20,000 nt of DNA from Ancylonema sp. (GCA_050230475.1 JBFLGF010000183.1:58508-78507); one strand, 5' to 3'; positions 1 to 11,455 are shown, numbered from the stretch's first letter. Numbers and translations are program-made. Notes: generated from the letters alone by a model not told the origin.

Positions 1-2010
1 AAGCGCATCGGGTATTACCATCCCCGATGCAATCACAATAATAATTCGTTCCACACACCAACTCCTGTCTCGTTGATCATCAAGAGATCCTTTTGCGTAC
101 GGTTCGTTTCGCCCACCTAATTATTCCGGCACGTCTAATCACTCAAAAGCTTATAAGGGCAACACCCCGGAAGAAACATTTGTGCCTCCGTTGGAAACAT
201 CCATGAAACGCGGCAATCAATGTGAATTTTCGGACATATAAAATCGCCATTAGCTGAATACTTTTAGGAACCACGTTGGATACTAGATTGTTCCCAAGAA
301 ATAGTTTGTACGATTGTCACCATAATAATTGAATAACATGCATCAAGGGTGTAAACAACATGTCTCCAATGTGGTACGTGGTATGAGCAATTAGCATCAT
401 AAGGCACATCGAAGTCATTTTGTTTCGCATATTACGATCAAGCAAGCCGTTTATACATTCTTCATCCGTTTACCACAATTCAGTCCATGTCACCATAATT
501 TTCAGACGGTCATTTTGGTGGGGTCGTCATGTGCATCTACCACTCGCAATCCGATTTCGATATTTGTAATTTTTAAAGCCATAATCGGCCATTGTCATCA
601 TCAGACACGGCGGAGGTGGCTAAAATAACGACATCAATGAGAGAGGGGGCGTCATCAGATTCCCCCCAAAAAGAGAATGCATATTTTGGTAATGCAAAAG
701 GTGATCGAGAATTGAATGTGTCCCTCTTAGTCGTCGAAGACCAAGAAGAGTTTGATGCTGTAGTGAACGACTTGTTTCATGAGCTTGAGTTGGAAGGTTT
801 AGAAAACATAGTTGTCGAAACGAGCGTCCCGAACGAGTGATTGGGAAGACGAAGTTGTCAAAAATATTTGGGCCTCTTTCGGTCTTGAATGACAAAAACG
901 TGGACACAATTCAGGGACAAGAGTGCTTGGGTGAACCTGGTTTTCATAGTCCTTGAGCCCTAGTTCATCGTCTAATCGAATGCCTTTCGTGGCTCTCTGT
1001 TTGGAGAGCCAAAGTCTATCGATTACTAGGACAATTCAATTTAGGGGCCTTTCGATGCACTCGGGAAAGAGAGTGCATGGGTTTGAAAGATGGTCTAACA
1101 CATTTAGAATGTATGGTGAATGTCAAATTTGTGAGATTCTTTTTAGTCTTAGACTCGTCTTATAAAGACCGAGAGTTATTCTCTATTTAGGATAAGATAG
1201 ATCATGAGAGCAAGAGTATTTGTGATGTCCTTTCAATCACGGTCTACGAACATTATGATGCCTTTTATCCCTATTTATCCACATCGTGAAATTGCGATAA
1301 TTTATAGTGGTTTTGGCTACATGCTACACTCATCGTATTTCTTAGACATGTATGTGCATGAGAAAAACCAAGATGTGTGAAGAGATAGTGTACACTGACA
1401 ACTAGCACGAACACACACAAATCGATGAACGATTCGTAGAAAAACATATATGCTTTTGTATAAAAAGCTATTTTTTCTTCATAATTGAAAGTTTGTTAAG
1501 GTCGCCAATGAGTTCTGCGCTATGATTCACCCCCGAAAACACTTATTTGGTGGCTTATCAAGAAATTAAAGTCTTCAAGCTTTAAATATTATAGGGTTAT
1601 GAATGAACGGGGGGAGTTCGAAAGTCTGGAAAACCCAACCCTACACACGTTCGCAATACCAAAAATTAACTGGGAATTAACGGGACTTTCGGGACTTTCG
1701 GGAATGAACCATTTTTAAAACCCAAAAGCCGGAAAATACCGGGAATTTGGATATGACAATTGGCAATTACCGGGAATTTGCTGAAAAAACTGGGAATAGC
1801 GGGGACCGTAAGGCCTCAGACGCGGCCGAGGAATAAACACTTCAAACGCAGATTTTACACCCAACGGAAAATTGATAATCCAATTCCGGCAAACCTGGCC
1901 GGCAAAGTACACAAAAAAATAACAGTTGTATCGCATAATATTGACCCAAATAGGAGAGCTAAGTTGGGTGGTGCAACCACATCTTATTATTTTGGTGTGG
2001 AAAAAGGGCA

Positions 2011-2176
2011 TACACCGAAACCCAGATACAAGAAACTTCGATATTAGAAACTCCTCACTAAAAGAAACCTTTTTCTCGACATTATTTTTCCCCATATAAC
2101 CCCCCCCCGGTATAAGCATAAGAAACTCCATGTAAGAAACAAAATTTCCGATTCTTAGTATTACGGGTTTCCTATA
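2011..2176. mobile_element. pogo/Tc1-mariner-like MITE remnant (AAGAAAC subterminal repeats)
   Basis: Left end TA-CACCGAAACCCAGATACAAGAA and right end TTCTTAGTATTACGGGTTTCC-TA are imperfect inverted ends with TA flanks. (T)AAGAAAC is repeated internally. Resembles 19140-19286. Confidence 0.45.
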
Positions 2177-4429
2177 CGGAGTAAAACCTCTCTAAATAAT
2201 TGTTACCACAATGAAGATCTTTCATCGATTAATACTTCGTATATTGATCTCATCACTTAAATCCTCGCAACCGCCTGTAATTAAACATTTACACGTAGAA
2301 TGTGAGTGCTGATATTACTATGAAATCTTTGGAGGACCTCCGATTCAGGTATTGCACGTCCACATGTACAACAAATATTACCGCACGCTCAAATATTTGA
2401 CGCCATGGATCCACGTGTCCAACATTCGTTATAAGAAACATCTTTGCGAGCTCTTCCACATAAAGTTTCTTATACGTCGTACAAGATATATACGCTATAA
2501 GACACTTTTCCCCCAACATTTTTAGGTTTTTAATGTCGGGGTTTGAGTGTACAATATAAAATCATAAGTTGAGCGTACGACCACAAAAAGCGGAAAACTA
2601 GGGACAACACAAATACTCCGTACGACGAGAACCGAATCGACAACCAAAAGACATAAGAAAATCTCTTAGAGCATATCTTATGGGATTAAGGATCTGCCAA
2701 GTTTGGTTGGGAAGAATTGTACCACAATTGTACGACGTTTTCAAAATCCCCAACGTGGAACACGAGAATACGGTCTGCACCTTTGTACTGCTTATGGGAA
2801 GCTACCGCCGATCTCGAATTCCGTGCCACGGTGGCGTACGATGAAGCATCGTACCTCCATTAATCATTGTCTTCTCACATATCGGACAATGAAATTTAAC
2901 CTCCCGGACCGATGTACCGGAGCCAACGCGCCACACACAAAGCTGCATACATTTTGTAGATACTTGCCGGAATAAACGTGTTCTACTGGTTTCGGGAGCT
3001 ACGCAAATAAAAATAGGGCGTACGGACACCGTCATTTTTTGGATGGTCGACTCCGCTCTGATTGGCTTACAAATCCTCACGTGAAATCCTTAAAGTGGTT
3101 TTCTTGAGGATTCAGCCCCCAAATTCTCAAGAAAATTTCCTCAACGATTTTCAAAATGGATTTTTATATCGCTTTGGTTCTGAAAAGCAGCGATTTGACA
3201 ATTTGTTTTCTTGTTGGTTGGGGATTCGATTGGTCCACGGGGTCTCCCCAACCAAAGTTGATGAATCCTCAGTCCCATAAGTCCCGCGTTGATGAGGACT
3301 CGAGGGTCGGCCCTCGAGCATGCGACAAAGTGGGTAATGCTTATCCTTCTTCTCAAGCCAAACCCCCAATCACTACATTAATTTTCGTATCGGACCAAGT
3401 GCCTTACTCTAATTGGAGCCGTTGTCGTCGTCCGATCCTACGCCAATCCGGATCGGGTCAGATCGGCGCCGACCCGGATAGAGGATCGGGATGGATAGGG
3501 ACCGACAATGGAAACCAATATGTAATACCAAAATATATAGTTTGACGGAAGGGAACGAGGGTAGTTTTAGAGGATCTCAACCATTGACGACGTCTCGGTG
3601 TAATAATGACATTTGTAGGCTAGTGGTTGGTTGTCGTATATATCATTAAAACCCGGTTTGTGTTTTGCTTGAACAATGTAGGAGTTGTCGAGATGCATTT
3701 AGATGTGGCGTTTGAGGTGTGCTTTGGCGTCACTTGGATCACATTAGTCCAATCATGAGCGTATGCAGAACTCGGCGGCAAGTCGATGGATGAAGTATAA
3801 TAACTTTAAAAATTATGTCGGTAGATGTTGTCCATAAGTAAGTGTTTTTGCGTCTGTATTGATAGCGTTTGCAATGCTATATTGGACACTACACTTCAAC
3901 TGAAGTTTTTTTTACAATTTTAGGCTATTTTGGAAAGTCCACCAAAAATATGTAATCACTAGCCATGGTTGGAGCTAAACGGAAATAAAATTCACTCTGC
4001 AATTGTCAAAGGATGACACGAAGTGTAAGGATTTATGAAAGAAACGAAACGAAGGGAGGCAGGGGGGGGGGTGAGGACGGAAAAGCACGGGGAGGTGCGG
4101 GGGGAAAGTCAAAAGACGAAGGAGGATCAGCACCTTGACCCATCAACAATTATTATTACCTCCTTCTCCCCTCATTCACCTCAGACTCCTGTACCTACAC
4201 ATTTCCACATTGCCGTACATCACCGTCTTCTAAGAAAGGAATAAGTCGGTCACTCTACGCTCCACCTTCACCTTCTCTGCCCCTTCCCACTACCCGTCTA
4301 GAGGTGCACCTACTATCCGCACTATCTGTAGTAGAAAGACATGTTGCTATCCATTATGATCCGTCCTGTCTCACAATAATATATCACATGTGGCCTGCCA
4401 TCGCTGCTAAGCTCTCTCCCTCCTACCCT

Positions 4430-4925
4430 GGATCAACGCAGCTGGAGAGGTCCATAAGACTGCCAGCTGGCGGCCCAATAAGGGACCTGAAGGGGCTGTT
4501 GGGATAGGGGAGAGGCACAGACGGTCTGCAGACAAGGCGCCATGTGGCACATAAACAGAAGCTCGGAGTGCCAGGTGGATTTGTGGCGAGGTTGTGTTCG
4601 CACCACATCACTTGACGCAGCAACAGCCTGAATATTTCATTGATGGAACAATCAAGATTTGCATTATAGCGACACCTGGCTGTATCAACGCACCTGAGGA
4701 GGCTCATGAGACGGCCAGGTGGCAGCTAAATAGGGGCAGCTGCTGGACTAGGGGAAAGGCACAGGTGGCCTGCATACAAGCGCCAGGTGGTGGCACATGT
4801 ACAGAAGCTCGGAGTGCCAGGTGGATTGGAGCAAGGGTGTGTTCTCACCACATCACTCTGCGCACCGCCAAAACGGAATATTTCATTGATGGAACAATCA
4901 AGATTTCCATTATAGCGACACCTGG
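4430..4925 (+). repeat. Diverged ~250-bp tandem duplication (2 units), possibly a decayed coding repeat
   Basis: ATCAACGCA at 4432 and 4684. ACAGAAGCTCGGAGTGCCAGGTGGATT and GAATATTTCATTGATGGAACAATCAAGATTT-CATTATAGCGACACCTGG each occur twice, ~246-252 bp apart. Both units translate to TEARSARWI...EYFIDGTIKI(C/S)IIATPG. Confidence 0.85.
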
Positions 4926-5517
4926 GCTCCCTCTACCTCCCTCTCTCTCCCCATTCCTGGCTCCCTCAACCTGCCAGCTGTCCAGATTTGTGGATGGTGG
5001 GCGGAGGCCTTGTGGCTTCCTGTGATTGGCAGACATAGACATTGGAAAAGACACGTCAGACTCCACTTTGCACCCATGTATGATAAACTTCAATACATCC
5101 AACTCAATGTACTGCCTTTGAAGAAAGGGGGAAAAAAAAAACCAGAAAACGAAACTTGTGATCCCAATTCTTCCCCCCCCACCCGCAAGACTGCAAATAG
5201 TCCTGCAAGGCTGCCTCCTTCCCATCCCCATCCAACCCCAGCACCTCTTCCTTTCCCTTACCAGCTGCAAATAGTCCTGGCTAACCCCAAATAGAGTCTG
5301 CAGGTCTTCCCCCCCAAGATTCGAGGTGTCCATAGGGTGCTCCACGTGTCAGCACCTCCTTAGAACAGGAGATTCTCACAAGTTCCCCTCCCTGTCCCCC
5401 GTTGTATTCATTCTACCCCACTCAGACCTGTGCCTTCTCCATGTCCCTCCTCCCCTCCAGGTAGAACAAGTACCCGAGCATTAGTCGCCATTTCCTACCA
5501 AGATGAATGAACTTGAA

Positions 5518-7229
5518 TCAGGTATCGAGCTGGTTGTGAATACCGTCCTCTTGGATGCCAAACATTTTGTTGAAGGCCTCTTTACTTCTACACAAGAGTG
5601 TACTTAACCTTATGCTGCCTGCCTGCACTCTACCACTTTGGAGAGCAATCTCTACACGGAACTTTATGATGTCCAGACCACTGGATACAATACACGACAA
5701 ACAAGCAAGCATGTCCCCTCTACTGAACCTTTCACCCTCCAGATACATCAGCTTGGGGTGCACTGTGTTCCAGTTGCAACCCAAGATGAGGGGTGCACCC
5801 CCCACACGAAGCACAATTGCATCATTGCCAAACCTGTCTACTAAATTGCACCACGTCTCCCTCACAGTTCTTTCCTTAGGTATCAAGATGTTCGGGATTT
5901 TCAACAGCAATGCCTGAACTGACAAGGCAACGTCCACCACGGCTTTCAGGTTCGCCACCTTCTTTGGCGCGTTCTCCGCATTTACGGTGAGAAGTATCGG
6001 ATTCTGTAGATATATTCCAGGACCCAAGGCCAGATCCTAGGCTTGGGCTGTCTTCTTCAAGGACTCGGGGTTGACTAAAAGGACACTGGGATACTTGTCC
6101 ACGAATGCACCGTCCACTACGACCCCCAAGGACTCTAAATTGCCAACTCTATCCTCAAGAGCTTGAATTGAGAACGAGAGGAGGGTTGGCTGTCCTGTCA
6201 CCACCTTCCCCACGTCCTTCACCCCTATCTCGTCACGAAGGAACATGAGGACGAGCTTGAGCCCGTCGGTCGAACTTCGCAACAGGAGTGGCCGGCATCC
6301 CTTGTCTTTCGCAATCCCTTTGAGAAGATCACTCCCGTTCATGTCGAAGTCATCGAACAGTCGTGCAAACTTCAGCAAGTTTGTGGCTGCTCGTTCATTG
6401 TGAAGTTTGGAGTTTTGTTTGAGTACAACCACCAGCTGCTTCTCATTGGCTCCCATAGCAAGAAATAATCTGATATTCGCTTCCGCACAGGCACTCAGCT
6501 CCCCGTCACCGCTCGCCCCCACTGCTTTGCACATCTTCGCAACTACAGTACCTTCTTGAGTAGATTTCCCCAATCCTCCTCACTACCACCACACCCCACA
6601 CCCTCACTCTCTGAACTTGTTTTCTCTGCACGCACGAGAGATGGTTTTTCCCGTCTCCCGGCCTTTGAAACCCCGTCATCCCCATATTGTGTCTGTGGCG
6701 ATTCTCCTCCTCTACGGGCCCTAGACCCTTTCTGGCCCGACCTCCGTTCCTTGGAATCGTCAGGATACTCTTCGACCTCCCGCAACCGACTCGATTCCTG
6801 AGTCCCGGTTGAACTCCAAGCCCAGAACCCTGAGCTGTCACATGCCCAGAACTGATTTATTAGAGGCGCAGAGGCCGACCTGGCGGCCACCTGACTCCAT
6901 GCGTAACTCTTCAGCGTTGTTTGACTAGACTCAAGTCGCGAGAACCTGCCTCCATTGTTGTCCCCTTTCTCACTAAGGTCAGGGTCCAATGTGATAACAT
7001 CAGTGAGATGCCAAATTGGAATTTGGTACTCCCACGCCTGGAACTGCGCATTCTGATATTTACATTGAAAGCTTTCTAAAAGTGTCACGCCGATGGCTCT
7101 TCTATGGTGGCCACAAACGAGACGACGGATTTGAAAGCGCATCATTGAACCCCGCATCGAAATGCCTACCAAGTGCACCTGTGCGCAGCAGCCACGCTTT
7201 CCTGGACGTACACCGCAATGCAGATGCAA
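5518..7229 (-). pseudogene. mTERF (mitochondrial transcription termination factor family) gene, intronless, disrupted
   Basis: ORFs 6037-6573 and 5518-6027 are in the same frame, separated only by TAG at 6037-6039. They contain ~30-35 aa Leu/Pro mTERF-like repeats (FLRDEIGVKDVGKVVTGQPTLLSFS, VDKYPSVLLVN, LQNPILLTVN, LKIPNILIP, GAPLILGCN..HPKLMYL) and a typical C-terminus (LSTLLCRSKEAFNKMF). Upstream ORF 6543-7229 is in another frame (probable frameshift ~6545-6575) with an Arg-rich, possibly targeting, N-terminus. The 5' extent is uncertain. Confidence 0.75.
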
Positions 7230-7332
7230 TGCTGCAGCATTTGTTGCTAGCAGACATAGCGCGATGTAGTGAACAATTTTATAGACATGGGGATTTTTTT
7301 GTATCGAATGCTAGGGCTGTCCCTATACACTG

Positions 7333-8438
7333 TATAGTGACATTTGATACGGCAAATTAAGGCGGGACCCGCCCGGCCAGAATCGGTGGAATAACTTGTA
7401 GTTTACAAGATGGTGGAAATAAACACTTAATTGTGCGTGTAGCATAGCATCTTTTGTCGTTTTCCGTTTCTCATGGCGTTCTGATGTGTACTCAAAAAAA
7501 TGGTTACGATGGCCCCTTAGGAGGCAAATCCGGCCTGTGTTTAGAGAAGTATTGATTCTAATATTGCACATCTCCGCCTTCCAACTACAATGGGCACAAA
7601 AAGTTAATGCGACATGTAACTTAAGGCATGAGAAAGCGTTTTTTAAATAAAATGCAACTCTTCCGGTCTATCGTGCACACAAGCCAAACTACTTCATTCA
7701 ATGCTAACCTCCTCAAGGCTCATTCAACCGAACTCCGACCGCCCCGACCGCCCCGACCGCCGTTCGACCGCCTCCGACCGCCACCCGAACGTTTGGACCG
7801 CCACCCGCCCGAAATTCTGTCCCGCGCCCGCAGCGGCGAGGGCGTCGGGGCGCGGTCGGACGGCGGGTGGCGGTCGGACAGTTGGACGGCACAATCGCGG
7901 CCGGGTGGCGAAAATCCGGGCGGAAGGAGTTCTGGTGACATGGCAGCCGGCCGCCCGGCGACCAGGTGGCGGGTGCCCACCCTAGCGACAATAGGCAAAT
8001 GTCACTATATCAAGAGAATGAGAAATTTAGGTCGGTATTCTGAAGAGAGGTGGCTCACCTACATGGCGATTGTGATAATACCCTCTCGCTGCAGTAAAAC
8101 CTACCTACATGACTAATGTTAGAACCATTAAAAAAACGAAATTAGACTGGTTATTAATTTACACGTTAGTTATTGGGTGAAAACCAAAAGCGGGCGGAAT
8201 ATTCTCTACTTTATTAGACAGGTTATTAGTTTTCACAATATAAATTTAGACAGGTTTCACCGTATGTGGCATCGCAACATTGAAATCTGGGATTTTTGGG
8301 TCACTATAACGTATGTCACTATGCGATTGTCACTATATAGAATTGGTTTTCATACACGATTAGAAAGAGGGCAAAAAAAATGTCATTATATCGAGATTGT
8401 CACTGTAGAGTGTGTCACAATATCAAGATTGCACTATA
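7333..8438. mobile_element. pogo/mariner-like non-autonomous element remnants (GTCACTATA subterminal repeats)
   Basis: TATAGTGACATTTG (7333-7346) is a perfect inverse of CAAATGTCACTATA (7996-8009). A cluster of GTCACTAT repeats at 8300-8438 ends in ...TATCAAGATTGCACTA-TA, like a TA-flanked CAGTG..CTCGATATA end. Boundaries are approximate. Confidence 0.45.
7725..7984. mobile_element. GC-rich hAT-like terminal fragment (CCGACCG subterminal repeats)
   Basis: An array of CCGACCGCC followed by inverted GGCGGTCGG copies. Ends in GGGTGCCCACCCTA (reverse complement TAGGGTGGGCAC), an hAT-type TIR. The partner end was not found. Confidence 0.5.
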
Positions 8439-8466
8439 TGCTGTTGAACTGAACTGAATTGAACTC

Positions 8467-9269
8467 TGGCTCCGCCCCGCGAATTTCGCCCCGCTTTTCC
8501 CCCCCCGAATGGATTTACTCCAGGCGGCACCCCAGGCGACAAGTTTCTTGCCAAGGGTGGAGTCATCAGTTTTTTTTTGTAAAAGTATCCCAAGACCACG
8601 TAGATCATGCACATTTTTTTTTTAAAGCCAAATCCGACAAGTATTCGAGTTCCTTACAAGTACGCCTATATTCTTTTCTTTACTTCAATTTCCATGTTTC
8701 ATATTTTCATTTTTCTTGCATTATCCGACGCCACGCCACGTAGTCGGCCTCGTGGTTAACAACAGATGATGTCTGATGTGAGGCGTCTGGCACCCAGGCT
8801 CCGCAAGAGGTCAGTTTTGAACCAAGTCGACCTTATCTCCGCATTGCGGCGGATTTTATTTTAGAAAGAGAATTCTAACCCCTCAAAGCGATTGGGAGCA
8901 CCCTGCCCGCAATCTCTCCCTTTAAAGTAGCCAAGTTCAAACAATTATAGCTTCTAAACGCTTTGCGATATACAAAACATTTTGTTTGGATATTGTAGAG
9001 TAGACCTTCAGTTGATATTAGCATTTCAAAAAAAAAAAAAAAAAAAACGATTAATGTGGAGTCAAAAAAAGGGGGAGGCTTCGGGCTGTTGGGAGGGGGT
9101 ACCCGTAGTACTTTGGGGGGTTCAAATTCTCTCATTTTTCAGGGTATTTAAGCCTTTAACTCCGCCCCGTTTTTTTCCGCCCAAGGTGCCGCTCCGGGCA
9201 AATCCGCCCCGAAAGGCAAATCGGATATTTTCCGAGAGACAAAAATTCCGCCCGGGGCGGAGCCAACTA
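8467..9269. mobile_element. ~800-bp TIR non-autonomous element (hAT-like MITE), copy 1
   Basis: TGGCTCCGCCCC (8467-8478) is inverted to GGGGCGGAGCCA (9254-9265). CCGCCC subterminal repeats on both sides, AT-rich core. Internal segments 8588-8650 and 8928-9070 are homologous to 18843-18903 and 19808-19947. Confidence 0.65.
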
Positions 9270-10009
9270 CCTAGTGCTAACTCTCTAGGCACGGTACGGT
9301 AGTGAAATACACTGTGCCGGCTCGAGCACCACAATGTCCGGGAGCAGTACGTTCGCTAAGTATAGACTAGTCTCCATGTAGTGACCCACTTCACAATGAC
9401 AGTCTCGATACTCATTAAAACCAACCTATCTTTATTAACGATGTCGAGACCGGAAAATATTACTTATTAAGACATGTTATGACCTTAGACATCATCGATT
9501 CCAAATGTCCAGAAACCAGTTTGTATGTGAATACGAGGGGCAACCGTTCGATATCTAGATCGGAATCAACCCAAACGTGCATTTTCATATAGTCATAATC
9601 ATAATTATAATGATTTTAACGTAGTTGAAAATATGAGCCAACCCTCCATATTTGTAACCCGAATTATTATATGAAAAAAAAAAGTTATTATTCGTTTTTT
9701 TATTTTTTTTTTATTTTTTTTTGGGATTTTTTTCCTTTCCCCTTCCCCACATTTTAACCCCTAATCCGTACAAATAATTTGTACGGATACGTACGGATTC
9801 CGTACATTATTATTTAGCATGTCGGCGAGACGAGGAAAAATTATGAGTTATCACGTTCGAGAGGGTTGTGGATAATTACACTCGCCCAAGGTCGAAACCG
9901 GAAAATAAATTTAATGAAGTCAGATCTCTAATTAAGAGAATATTAATTACAAGAGGTTTCATATTAGTGACATTTCTTTCGCCCGTTTTTTTATCCTACG
10001 TAATAACCA

Positions 10010-10080
10010 CTACAGTTTTCCCTCGATATAAGGACCCTCTCTATAAGGACATCCTCGACATTAGGACGGTTTTTTTTACC
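10010..10080 (+). mobile_element. Truncated pogo/Tigger-like transposon end
   Basis: TA-CAGTTTTCCCTCGATATAAGGAC followed by two more TAAGGAC/TAGGAC repeats. Truncated by the GGATAC-repeat element. Confidence 0.4.
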
Positions 10081-10096
10081 GCTTTGAAAATGCATA

Positions 10097-10277
10097 GCAG
10101 CACGGATACGGGGATACGTATCGGATACGGATACGGGGATACGTCGGATTCGTCCCCAGATACGTCGGATTCGTCCCCATTTGACGTATCCCCTAGAAAT
10201 TGGATACGTGCCGTACCGTATCCCGCCGTATCCGGTCGTATCCGACACGTCGTACTGATGTACGGACGTATCCGTTT
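10097..10277. repeat. GGATAC(G)/CGTATCC inverted short-repeat cluster, likely a DNA-transposon subterminal region
   Basis: Many GGATACG copies are followed by CGTATCC copies. GATACGTCGGATTCGTCCCCA occurs twice in tandem. A related TACGGAT patch lies at 9765-9805. Confidence 0.6.
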
Positions 10278-10442
10278 ATAAAAAAAAAAAAAAAGTTTTT
10301 TTTTCCCCTCTTGTCTTGTGTTTCATTACTCTCGTCCATATTTTTCATATCATGATTCCGCTTATTGAATTGCACGTTTTGGAACGTTGTGGAACACATA
10401 TCACTATAGACAAATGGAGACATTAGTCGATGGAGCCGCCTC

Positions 10443-10832
10443 TGTTAGGACCCTCGCTACACTCACTAGGGCTCCCTAGCGAGGCTCCCACACTTAGCAC
10501 TAGAGCGCTACTAGCGCAGTTTTCCCTATAGCGAGTGTTGTCCCTTTATAGTGATATGTGTGCCCCTCGCGCCTTTGTCCTTATATCGAGTGCCGACCCT
10601 TAGCTTTCTAGTTTGTTCTTATAACGAGTTCTAGTTATCCCACATCTTGATTAGCTTTGTGGGAGTCTTTCACTATATCTAGTCCATAGGAATGCCTTTA
10701 TTAGAGCATTCCTATCAACCTTCTATATCAACCAAACCAAGTTTGACAATCGGCTCATTAGCCTCCCTCCTATCGGCCCATTTCGCCATCGCCTTGTGTG
10801 TGCACTTGCAACTAGTTTGCTAGGAGTCCTAA
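10443..10832 (+). repeat. LTR-A, upstream copy
   Basis: Starts TGTTAGGACCCTCGCTACA. The first ~95 bp closely match 16572 onward. Shares GTTATCCCAC, the ATAGGAATGC/GCATTCCTAT hairpin, ATCGGCTCAT and TTCGCCATC with the 3' LTR. Ends GTCCTAA, lacking the terminal CA. Confidence 0.85.
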
Positions 10833-11455
10833 GTCCATAAACAGCGAACTCTATGTGCGGTGCTACCAAAGCTGCATGTATCGACCACTGCTGGAAAGCC
10901 TCGATTTTTTTTGATGAGAGTAGTGGTATCGTGTACCTCTTTGATGAGGTCACCGAATGGGTATGTGTTTTCAAGAACGAATACTGGTGGGAATTTTTGT
11001 ACTTTAATCAGATGGTTGAGACAGCGAATCAAATCGAAAAAGAAAGAAAATTTGCGGTCGTAGTATCCTTTGCCTTGTCCTGCCTTGCTGATCATCTGGC
11101 ATTCCCATCCTGCAAATATGAAGTCGATTGGCCCTCGTTGTGCAATGAGTCTGTCCAAATCATCGTTGGATATTTTGGAAATATCATGATTGAGACGTGT
11201 GTCAAACCCTTTAATTGCACTGGTGGGTAGTAGTCCGGGATATTGAGTTTGTATCTTTGGTAAGAAAGCTCTGGTTACATCTCGAGCATCTTCATCGATA
11301 TCTGTGTTGGTGAAAGCGCCAATCTTTTTGCCTGGTTGGACAGTCATTGTGGCTCCACTGCAACTCATGCCCCCAAATGGCCAAACATGTAGTCCATTTT
11401 GCAGTGCTTTGGGGTCAAAACGTGCGGTGTAGTCTGGTGTGATAGGAACCGCGTA
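10829..11455 (-). pseudogene. C5 DNA cytosine methyltransferase catalytic-domain fragment (retroelement-associated type)
   Basis: The frame is open upstream of the listed ATG to 11455. Motif I-like LHVWPFGGMSCSG, motif II TDID, motif IV IDFIFAGWECQMISKAGQGKG (catalytic Cys, PC->EC), motif VI FVLENT, motif VIII AHRVRCLWT. Truncated at the LTR junction, so motifs IX and X are missing. Confidence 0.85.

Noticed and set aside
1..1400. Possible decayed coding or transposase sequence, including the acidic ORF 592-840
   Set aside because: No recognisable motif in any frame, many stops, and a non-ATG start.
2598..3080. Cys-rich short ORFs suggestive of a zinc finger
   Set aside because: Cys/His spacing fits no family I can identify, and the overlapping ORFs look like noise.
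3299..3490. Hairpins CTCGAGGG-TCGG-CCCTCGAG and CCGATCCT...AGGATCGG as Helitron ends or terminators
   Set aside because: No correctly spaced CTRR terminus and no U-tract, and bacterial terminators do not apply in this eukaryotic context.
7628..8116. Arg/Pro/Gly-rich ORFs on both strands
   Set aside because: Artefacts of the GC-rich CCGACCG repeat array.
2181..9966. Emigrant/pogo-like ends at 2181 (GTAAAACCTCTCTAAATAAT) and ~9941-9960 (TATTAATTACAAGAGGTTTC) as one large element carrying mTERF
   Set aside because: The match between the ends is weak, there is no TSD, and many similar MITE ends are present, so the pairing is unsupported.
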